Shown here: positions 56,579-64,000 of the stretch, one piece after another
Layout of the letters: each line of letters opens with the position of its first letter
How positions within the stretch are numbered: position 1 is the stretch's first letter
Source of the DNA: Smithellaceae bacterium
GTDB lineage: Bacteria; Desulfobacterota; Syntrophia; Syntrophales; Smithellaceae
Reading direction: 5' to 3'
Assembly: GCA_963667845.2 (NCBI GenBank)
Contig: CAXXVL010000001.1
Location: forward strand, 960,001 to 1,024,000
Length of the DNA: 64,000 nucleotides
Translations under genes and position numbers: made by a program
The notes under the pieces: generated by a model
Databases searched by the model: none
What the model was told of the DNA's origin: nothing
What the model saw: the letters and a program-made list of their open reading frames with translations, nothing else

Positions 56579-57385
56579 TTATGTCCCCTTTTCTTTAGAC
56601 TCGTTCCAGAGCGAATCCATTTCGTCAATCGTTGCTTCATTGATCGATCGGCCGCGGGCGGTGAGTTGTTCTACAATATATGCAAACCGTCTGAGGAATT
56701 TGTTGATCGTTCCATTGAGCGCCGTTTCGGCGTCGACAGAAAGAAAACGGCTCAGGTTTACAAGCGTAAACAGAATGTCTCCCAATTCCTCTTCAACTTT
56801 GCAAGTATCTTCTATTCTGCGTGCTTCAGCAAGTTCATGAAGTTCTTCATTCAGTTTTTTCAGGACCTCATCTGCGTCCGGCCAATCGAAACCATGACGG
56901 GAGGCGATGGAGGTGATCTTCTGTGCCTTTTTAAGGGCTGGAAGCGATCGGGGGACGCTGCTGAAGATGCTGTCGTCGGCATTTATGCCGGTGCGTTCTC
57001 TATTCTTAATTTCCTGCCAGTTTTCTTTCACTTCCCGGACGGAATTGACTTTGACATCGCCGAAGACGTGCGGGTGGCGACGGATCATCTTCTCTCTGAT
57101 GGCCGCCATGACCTCCGCCAGAGAAAAGTCGCCTTGTTCAGTGGCGATTTCGGCGATGAAAAGGATTTGAAAAAGCAAATCGCCGAGCTCTTCCCGGATG
57201 TGAAGTGGATTATTTTCAGCTATGGCATCAACGACTTCATAGGATTCGTCCAGCAGATATTTCCCGATATCCTGCTTGGTCTGCTTTTGATCCCACGGGC
57301 AGCCGTCGGGAGCACGCAGTCTTTTTATCAGCGCAATCAGGTCGCGCAACTGGTTTTGTGTATCGTCTATCGAATCTTTATGCAT
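56579..57385 (-). CDS. mazG: Nucleoside triphosphate pyrophosphohydrolase MazG
   Basis: GCPWDQKQT, EELGDLLFQ, RRHPHVF, second EELGD. Confidence 0.96.
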   Translation of the reverse strand: MHKDSIDDTQNQLRDLIALIKRLRAPDGCPWDQKQTKQDIGKYLLDESYEVVDAIAENNPLHIREELGDLLFQILFIAEIATEQGDFSLAEVMAAIREKMIRRHPHVFGDVKVNSVREVKENWQEIKNRERTGINADDSIFSSVPRSLPALKKAQKITSIASRHGFDWPDADEVLKKLNEELHELAEARRIEDTCKVEEELGDILFTLVNLSRFLSVDAETALNGTINKFLRRFAYIVEQLTARGRSINEATIDEMDSLWNESKEKGT

Positions 57386-57773
57386 ATCCAATCATCCTTC
57401 TTGGCAAACCGGCAGGTAAGTAACATAATACGCAAGAGCTGACAATGTTTTCTCCGTTGAAAAGGTTTTGAATGCGTTTGGAAGAACCACATTGACAGCA
57501 AGACGGCTTTCCGGCGGCGTAAAATACATCGAGGCATGAACGGTCTCGCTCGTTTCTTCATTCCGGAGCCTCTGTGCCATCATGCAGGAGATTTTGATTT
57601 TCGGTGGGAACCGAGTGTGAGAATTGCTGCAGGTTCATGATCTTTATTTCGATTGCAGTCGTGATCCCGGCGACGCAGCCCCGAAAGAGATGGCTGATTC
57701 AATTATATAGTGGAATAAGCAAACCGTACGTTATGCGTTACACCTATGCTTTATCAAGCGCATCACTGAAACT

Positions 57774-58511
57774 TCAATCTCTGAAGCGAAACCGGATAAT
57801 GTGAAAGATGGCGGAGACGGCATCTTTCCAGCCAATTTTCTTTCCTTCTTCGTAGGTGCGTCCGGCGTAGGAAATTCCTGTTTCATACACTCTTGCATGC
57901 TTTCCGTTTATGCGAAGACGGGCGACTTTGGCCGTGATCTCGGGTTCGACGCCAAAGCGGGGACTTTTGATTTCGATTCGATCGATGACGTCCCGTGTGA
58001 AAACTTTATAGCAGACCTCCATGTCCGTCAGATTCAGGTTGGTCAGCATGTTGGAAATCGTTGTCAGGCAGTTATTGGCGAGTTGATGCCAGAAATACAT
58101 GACCCGGTGCGGTTCGCCTATAAAACGGCTGCCGAACACAACATCGGCCTTGCCGTCGAGAATAGGTTGTAAAAGTTTCGGAAAATCGGCCGGATCATAC
58201 TCCAGATCGGCATCCTGAATGACAACGATATCTCCCCTGACCTTCTTGAAGCCGTCGCGCAATGCTGCGCCTTTTCCTTCGTTGATCGGTTTGTCGATTA
58301 ATTCAAATCTGATTTCCGGGAATTTGGCAGCGAACGAATTCATTACGTTCCATGTTCCGTCTTTCGAAGCGTCATTCACGACAATCAATTCGCGTTCAAG
58401 ACCGTTCGGAAGAGGCTGCCGCATTACCTTATGAAGAATTTCTTCGAGATAATATTCTTCATTGTAAACGGGAATAACAATGGACAAGAGTTTAAAAGGG
58501 GATGACGTCAT
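57774..58511 (-). CDS. Glycosyltransferase family 2 (polyprenol-phosphate glycosyltransferase-like)
   Basis: IPVYNE, GKGAAL, QDADLEYDP, GSRF, EGKKIGWKD. Confidence 0.93.
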   Translation of the reverse strand: MTSSPFKLLSIVIPVYNEEYYLEEILHKVMRQPLPNGLERELIVVNDASKDGTWNVMNSFAAKFPEIRFELIDKPINEGKGAALRDGFKKVRGDIVVIQDADLEYDPADFPKLLQPILDGKADVVFGSRFIGEPHRVMYFWHQLANNCLTTISNMLTNLNLTDMEVCYKVFTRDVIDRIEIKSPRFGVEPEITAKVARLRINGKHARVYETGISYAGRTYEEGKKIGWKDAVSAIFHIIRFRFRD

Positions 58512-58559
58512 AAATGAAACCTTTATTCTTTATTGATGGGGTCGTTCTTTTCAACTTCT

Positions 58560-60080
58560 TCACCCGGGTTCAGGCTCGAGGTGACTTCCTTTCTTGAGGA
58601 ACAGCACACAATCGTTATCGGAATATATCAATGACCATCGCGGCTCTCCACGCAATAAAGCAGGGACTCTACTCTCCCGCCGAAATAAGATTAACTCGTG
58701 AGGATATTTGCCCAGATAGTCTTGCCAGCCGGTGCCGCCACTGGTAAATCCAAAATACTCGCGCGAAGACTTTTCGGTGTAAATTGTTTCATAACGCCCG
58801 TCCATCGCCACGCGGCTCCCCGGTAAACTCCAGATGATATACTCTCCCCAGCTGAACTCTGTCAGGATATTGCCTTTCAGGTCATGTTTGCGCAAAAATT
58901 CAATCGCACCCACGGGATAGTTGTAATCGGACGCCTGCCCTTGAGCGGTATTGCCAAGCGTGATGTCAAAAGGATGACCGGTGATAAATCGAGTGCCGAA
59001 AAGAAAGAAAAGACATAAGAAAAGAAGCCCGGTGAACACGGATAGTGGTTTCTTCCACTGATCGGTATGCGCGGCTGAATAACGTATGGTATCCCATGCT
59101 CGCGTAAAATAAATAGGGCCGAAGCAGCCCATGACGAGGAAAAACACGCTCTGATGTCTTACGTGCCTAAACGCCAAGTATGATGTCGCCATGATGAGCA
59201 GAATATCCGAGAAATTACGGCGCCGTGATGTGATCAGCATGAGAAAAGCCAGTATCGTGAGAATGAGAAACATAAGAATGTTCGTCGAGAACTCGCCATT
59301 TTGCAAAGCGGAAAGAACGGAGTGCCACTCATCAATATCGGGACGGGGCATGAAGAGAGCATCCTTCAGATATGTCCAATATTTTAATCCGTAAGGATTG
59401 ATGAGAGTCACGAATGTCGCGGGCACCAGAATCAGCCAATAAGGTTTTGATGCTTGTTTTGAAATCAACTCCCCCAGGGCAAACAAACCAATCATTCCAA
59501 GACCGGCAACAAATCCTCCGTGCAGATTAGCCCACAGCAGGTAGAGCGGCACCAGCCACCACAGGGCGTAATAACGGTTCTTCTGTTTTGAGTTTTCAAG
59601 AAGATAAAGGGTCAGTACGAAGAAGAGGTTTGTAAATGCCTGGGCTCTCAAGGGCGAGTATGCAAAACTGAAAAAAGGGCTTATTAAGAGCAGGCAGATG
59701 ACCGCAGTCTGAGCTGAAGCGCCCCGTGTTCTTGCCGTCTTGTAAATTAGAAAAGCAGTTCCGATACCGATGATGTATTTCAATGCCTGCAGGCCGGCAG
59801 CCCCCAGATGTTGATATATCGGATAGAATATGACGCCTGTCAGCCATTCGTGATACACCCACAGCGTTTTTGTGGGGGTGTAAGAAAAGATGTCCTGATA
59901 AGGGAAGTTGGTGGTGCTCCAAAACAATCGTCCGAATGACATGTAACCCCACAAATCGGGATCGGCCATGGTTTCCGTGAGCCGCCCGAGAATTAAAGCG
60001 ATCGTGCCGAGCCCAACGATTACATGCAACCAATTGATTGTATAGTGTGTGCCTTTGATCCATTGCGGGTGTGGTAGCAA
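58560..60080 (-). CDS. Polytopic membrane protein, putative GT-C glycosyltransferase; start uncertain
   Basis: DPDLWGY, HEWL, LWANLHGGF, INPYG, IDEW, DGR motifs and many TM helices. Confidence 0.75.
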   Translation of the reverse strand: MLPHPQWIKGTHYTINWLHVIVGLGTIALILGRLTETMADPDLWGYMSFGRLFWSTTNFPYQDIFSYTPTKTLWVYHEWLTGVIFYPIYQHLGAAGLQALKYIIGIGTAFLIYKTARTRGASAQTAVICLLLISPFFSFAYSPLRAQAFTNLFFVLTLYLLENSKQKNRYYALWWLVPLYLLWANLHGGFVAGLGMIGLFALGELISKQASKPYWLILVPATFVTLINPYGLKYWTYLKDALFMPRPDIDEWHSVLSALQNGEFSTNILMFLILTILAFLMLITSRRRNFSDILLIMATSYLAFRHVRHQSVFFLVMGCFGPIYFTRAWDTIRYSAAHTDQWKKPLSVFTGLLFLCLFFLFGTRFITGHPFDITLGNTAQGQASDYNYPVGAIEFLRKHDLKGNILTEFSWGEYIIWSLPGSRVAMDGRYETIYTEKSSREYFGFTSGGTGWQDYLGKYPHELILFRRESRVPALLRGEPRWSLIYSDNDCVLFLKKGSHLEPEPG

Positions 60081-60250
60081 TTAAACCGTCCTTCGCTTTC
60101 TTTTTCCGATTGGAATCGGCAAGCCTGCAGGAGTTAAATGACACTTGTTTGTCGTTCTTTCTCACAAACGGCCTATCAGGTCAAGTTTCTCTATCATCGA
60201 TGCCTAGCCTTTTATGCAGGTCATTGGCCAGTTCTATGAAAGACGCATTT

Positions 60251-60357
60251 AATCCCGCTTAAGCGGTACGAGCGCTAATTCTCAGTAGCTTCCCGCGATA
60301 TAATAACGCTCATTTAATACGTCGGCAGCTTGCTGCGAGTTGTGGCTGATTCAATTA
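60251..60357 (+). repeat. Dispersed REP-like element, copy 3
   Basis: aatcccgcttaagcggtacgagcgctaattctc...agcttgctgcgagttgtggctgatt. Confidence 0.75.
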
Positions 60358-60502
60358 ACGGCAATGTCCTGTTACGCTCTCATGGAACGACCTGAGACGC
60401 TATGTGGAATGAATTTGCCTGGTGCCGGCAAGAAGGGATTCAATAAGATCAACGTTTGGACGGATAAGTGAGGAATGACGATGAGTAAACGTTTAACGAT
60501 GT

Positions 60503-60898
60503 CTACCGAATCGGCCATTCACCGCGCGCCTGCAGAACTTCTTTGAAAGCACTGAGCGCTTCGTTCACCGCCGGCATACCCGCGTACGTCGCCGTCTGGA
60601 AGAAAATTTCGACCAGTTTCTTTGGATCACAGCCGACGTTCAGAGCCGCGTTGGCATGGACCTTTAATTCGTCCCGGGCTTTTATCGCGGCCAGCATCGC
60701 GCAAGCCGCCATCTGACGTTCCTGGAGGGATAGAACGTCGCGGGAGTATAAATTACCCGTGATAAAGCGCGAAAAATCGTTGGCCAGATCGCGGTCAAAT
60801 TCACGCCATAATGAATAGGGCCGATCCAGTTTCGCGCCTCCGGAGAAGAGTTTTTCCGCAGTCTTTTGTGTTCTGTCTTTCAGCAGTTGATCGTTCAT
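60503..60898 (-). CDS. Carboxymuconolactone decarboxylase family protein
   Basis: LYSRDVLSLQER, ELKVHANAALNVG, YAGMPA. Confidence 0.9.
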   Translation of the reverse strand: MNDQLLKDRTQKTAEKLFSGGAKLDRPYSLWREFDRDLANDFSRFITGNLYSRDVLSLQERQMAACAMLAAIKARDELKVHANAALNVGCDPKKLVEIFFQTATYAGMPAVNEALSAFKEVLQARGEWPIR

Positions 60899-60911
60899 AT
60901 GCCCTCGATAA

Positions 60912-62222
60912 TTATTTCATGATAAAGACGTCTCTTTGCCTGTCTTGGAAATAGATGTGATTATACTGTGAACCGTTGACTCGATCGAAGAAGACTTCGC
61001 CGTTCTTCCGGCATTCGGGACAACAGGAATTGGGCAAAATCACCGCGAAAATCTTTTTGCCTGTGTCGGCAGCAGATTCAATCATAACAAGACCGCCGCA
61101 GTCGTCACACACACGGACCGTTTCGATTTGCTTCTCCGTAATATCATCCGTATCGTAGTAAATATTCTTTTCGCGGCGTATATAAGCTGCGGAGCCGGTA
61201 ACTTGTTTTTTCAAGTTCTTCTTTTTCTTCCACAGCGTCATTACGTTCTTCACTTCATTTTCGATAAGGCGTGTGACTTCGGGGGATTGACGGATGCGCT
61301 GCGCATCATAATCGGGTTCACGCACCTGGCTGTAGTCCAGCCCGGCCATTGCGAGAATGATGCCGACATTGACGTACGGGAGGGCTTTTTCGATGGAATA
61401 ACCGCCTTCCAGAACAGCGATGTGGGGTGCGAGTTTTTCATTTAAGAGCGCATATCCCTGGGCGCTGAAGTTCATATTGGTGATCGGGTCGCTATAATGG
61501 TTATCCTGTCCGGCTGAATTGATGATTATTTCGGGCTTGAATTCATCCAGGATCGGAAGAATGACGTTGTCCAGAGTAAACAGAAAACCTTCGTCCGACG
61601 TGCGGGGGGGAAGGGGGATATTGATGGTTGCACCCAGCGCATTGGGACCGCCGAAGTCGTCGATAAAGCCTGTTCCCGGATAAAGCGTCCGTCCGTCCTG
61701 ATGCATAGAGATACACAGAACGTCGGGATCATTCCAGTAGATATCCTGCGTGCCGTCGCCGTGATGACAATCCGTATCCACGATGGCGATTCTCTTGACG
61801 CCGAATTTATGGCGGATATATTCAACCATCACGGCTTCAATATTGATATTGCAGAAACCGCGCGCACCGTGCGCTACAAGCATGGAATGATGCCCGGGAG
61901 GACGCACGAGGGCAAAAGCGTTGTCCACCTCTCCCGTCAGGACTTTTTGCGCGGCGGTGATCGCACCTCCGGCAGAAATAAGGTGGGAATTCGTTGTCAG
62001 GTTTTGCGGGTTTGGAACGCAAATATGGCAGCGGTTAATATCCGCATACGTAGCGATACCCGGTTTGTATTCCAGAATATTTGGAAAATCCAGCAGACCT
62101 TCTTCGAAGACCTGGTCCTGCGTATAAAGCAGCCTCTCTTCTCGTTCCGGGTGGTTCGGGGAAATAGCCCAGTCGAATGCCGGGAAGAATATGAGACCTG
62201 TTTTTCTCTCTTTTTTGGACAT
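60912..62222 (-). CDS. Histone deacetylase family protein with Cys-rich C-terminal extension
   Basis: HPEREERL, RPPGHH, GFC, DCHHGDGTQ, VLEGGY; C-terminal CDDC/CCPEC. Confidence 0.93.
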   Translation of the reverse strand: MSKKERKTGLIFFPAFDWAISPNHPEREERLLYTQDQVFEEGLLDFPNILEYKPGIATYADINRCHICVPNPQNLTTNSHLISAGGAITAAQKVLTGEVDNAFALVRPPGHHSMLVAHGARGFCNINIEAVMVEYIRHKFGVKRIAIVDTDCHHGDGTQDIYWNDPDVLCISMHQDGRTLYPGTGFIDDFGGPNALGATINIPLPPRTSDEGFLFTLDNVILPILDEFKPEIIINSAGQDNHYSDPITNMNFSAQGYALLNEKLAPHIAVLEGGYSIEKALPYVNVGIILAMAGLDYSQVREPDYDAQRIRQSPEVTRLIENEVKNVMTLWKKKKNLKKQVTGSAAYIRREKNIYYDTDDITEKQIETVRVCDDCGGLVMIESAADTGKKIFAVILPNSCCPECRKNGEVFFDRVNGSQYNHIYFQDRQRDVFIMK

Positions 62223-62228
62223 TTTATT

Positions 62229-63890
62229 TTACCTTTCACCGCCGGAAGAAATCAACCCGGGTTTAATTTGAACTTTAACGCGAATATTTTTCCCCGTCGT
62301 GTAAAAGTCACGAATCATGTTGAACTCCTGACATTCGGTAACTTCCATAATGATGTCTTCCGGTGTGGCGCCCATACAGACCGCTTTTTCCCGCAAGGCT
62401 TTTTTGCCGATTTCGACGGCGTCGGCCAGACAAAAATCATGAGGAATGCTTTGGATCTGACCCTCTTCGCTGATGATGAGCTCTTTTTTCTCCGTATCAG
62501 CCAGGATCGTTATTTCGGCGGTGGTTCTGGCAACCGCCACACCAAGGGCATTGGATACTTCCGAGTGCTCGGGGATGGAATAGGGGTAGCCAAGGTTTTC
62601 AGCAATAAAGGGTGCAACCGCCGCCGGTCCTCCGGCAACATAGAGTATTTTGGGCCGGATAATTTTCCCCTCCAGAAGTTCATGAATGGTGTAGACCGGT
62701 TTGTCATTGACATCAGAAAGGATGTGGCGAACCTGGTCGGAAATCATTCCAGCCATTTTTTCGACAATAGCGCGGGCCGTATCCCGGATGTTCATGCGTA
62801 GTTTTTTAGCGACGAGGCCGATGGCATCCTCCGCTTTTTGCCTGTCACCAATCGTTACAATACCCTCTACGATCATGGCGTCCGTCGGTGTGGGGAATGG
62901 TCCGTCCAGTGCAGCTGCTGGACCTTCCCTTTGCGGTCCGATGACAATTTCGCCTTTTTCAATCTTCACAACGCTGTCTCCGCCCACACCGATGGATTTC
63001 GTATAGAGTCCGCGAATGAGCGTTTTGCGCCCGTCGATAACTACGCCGGATGGTTCCAGAAGAGGGACGCCATCGGCGAAGACAGAAATGTCAGTCGTCG
63101 TACCTCCGATGTCGAGTGCGACAGCGTCGTCTTTAATACAGGCGGTTGCCAAAACGCCCATAATACCTGCTGCCGGGCCGGAGTGAATAGTCTGTACGGG
63201 GCAACAAAGGGATTTATCAATCAGCATGGTTCCTCCATCCGCTTTCAGGATATAGACAGGGATATTCGGACCGATCTTGGCGGCAAACTTCTGAACGTCC
63301 TCAACGAATCTCTGATGAATGTCATGAATGGCCGCATTGAGATATGTCGTAGCAATGCGGCGGGGAAAATTCAGTTGTCCGGATAGCGTATGGCCTAAAA
63401 AGATATTCCGGGAACCGTTCTGCAGTAATTGAGCTGCGTCCAGTTCCTGCTGCGGATTACGGCTGGAAAATTTTCCCACAACGCCGATGTGATGAATGGC
63501 GCTGTCAGAAATCTCATTGCTGATTTCACCAATTTCTCGGCTGCTTACTTTTTTAACGGGCACGCCGCGGTGATTGACGTAGCCTTGAGCAAAGTAAGCA
63601 TCTTTACCCAGATTCAATGCAGCCGGCGATAGGCCGGGGCCGCTCAGTAAAACCATGGCCACGCGATTGATTTTGTTCTGGACAATTGCATTGGTCGAGA
63701 TTGTAGTACTTAACACAATTCGTTCAATATCATTCGTGTTATTTCTTGGGATGAGCTTCTCAACGGCTTCCAGAAGCGAGGCCATGATGTTCGCTTGATC
63801 CGTGAGCACTTTAGCCTTCTTGATCAGTTGAAAATTTTTAACCAGAACGGCGTCTGTATGGGTTCCGCCGACGTCAATACCAAGTATCAT
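62229..63890 (-). CDS. Hydantoinase/oxoprolinase family protein
   Basis: GIDVGGTHTD, SGPAA, DIGGTTTD, GVGGDS, PTPTDA. Confidence 0.92.
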   Translation of the reverse strand: MILGIDVGGTHTDAVLVKNFQLIKKAKVLTDQANIMASLLEAVEKLIPRNNTNDIERIVLSTTISTNAIVQNKINRVAMVLLSGPGLSPAALNLGKDAYFAQGYVNHRGVPVKKVSSREIGEISNEISDSAIHHIGVVGKFSSRNPQQELDAAQLLQNGSRNIFLGHTLSGQLNFPRRIATTYLNAAIHDIHQRFVEDVQKFAAKIGPNIPVYILKADGGTMLIDKSLCCPVQTIHSGPAAGIMGVLATACIKDDAVALDIGGTTTDISVFADGVPLLEPSGVVIDGRKTLIRGLYTKSIGVGGDSVVKIEKGEIVIGPQREGPAAALDGPFPTPTDAMIVEGIVTIGDRQKAEDAIGLVAKKLRMNIRDTARAIVEKMAGMISDQVRHILSDVNDKPVYTIHELLEGKIIRPKILYVAGGPAAVAPFIAENLGYPYSIPEHSEVSNALGVAVARTTAEITILADTEKKELIISEEGQIQSIPHDFCLADAVEIGKKALREKAVCMGATPEDIIMEVTECQEFNMIRDFYTTGKNIRVKVQIKPGLISSGGER

Positions 63891-64000
63891 TGCAGCGTCC
63901 TTTGATGTCAATTTTTCTCACTTATATATGTTTAAATATCTCTTGACAAGGCAAAAAAAAGGCGTATTGTCACCCATCGTGAATCTAGTGTGTTCACACA

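Noticed and set aside
57392..57690. Small ORFs or ncRNA upstream of mazG
   Set aside because: No recognisable protein motif or RNA family could be supported.
61701..62801. 366-aa plus-strand ORF and similar long antisense ORFs over core genes
   Set aside because: Shadows of well-supported opposite-strand genes in GC-rich coding DNA.
63970..64000. Rex operator (gtgaa...ttcac)
   Set aside because: Half-site spacing is 9 nt, which does not fit TTGTGAA-N4-TTCACAA, and the window ends here.

Overview
Bacterial chromosomal window. Gene content and order suggest an anaerobic Deltaproteobacteria-type organism, possibly Syntrophales/Smithella-like; this is inference only. The right part (~28.1-64 kb) is intact core genome: purA-serA-serC, GAF-GspE/PilB ATPase, glyQS, Fe-ADH, OmpA, U32-recO-pyrC-pyrB-pyrR with a PyrR attenuator, MgtE-N/CBS plus Nramp, lepB, secDF-yajC-tgt-queA, mazG, a GT2/GT-C pair and CMD-HDAC-hydantoinase. 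The left part (1-~27.9 kb) is an accessory island downstream of a tRNA-Lys(UUU). It carries three 204-bp tRNA-like tandem repeats, a two-gene MTase/PD-(D/E)XK module with a T8 tract and leader, a DUF3489-DUF2924-serine recombinase module, clpS-clpA-aat (clpA frameshifted at an A8 tract), a methyltransferase/receiver-domain operon, a PP2C phosphatase and an IS3. It also carries an operon of a VirD4/HerA-like ATPase, two micro-ORFs absent from the ORF track (one a 47-aa RING-finger-like protein) and a macrodomain. Near the window start are a decayed Zn-ribbon/Ser-Thr kinase/FGE-sulfatase gene, whose 3' end looks like a diversity-generating retroelement variable region, and a TPR array. All family calls come from motif recognition; no database searches were run.
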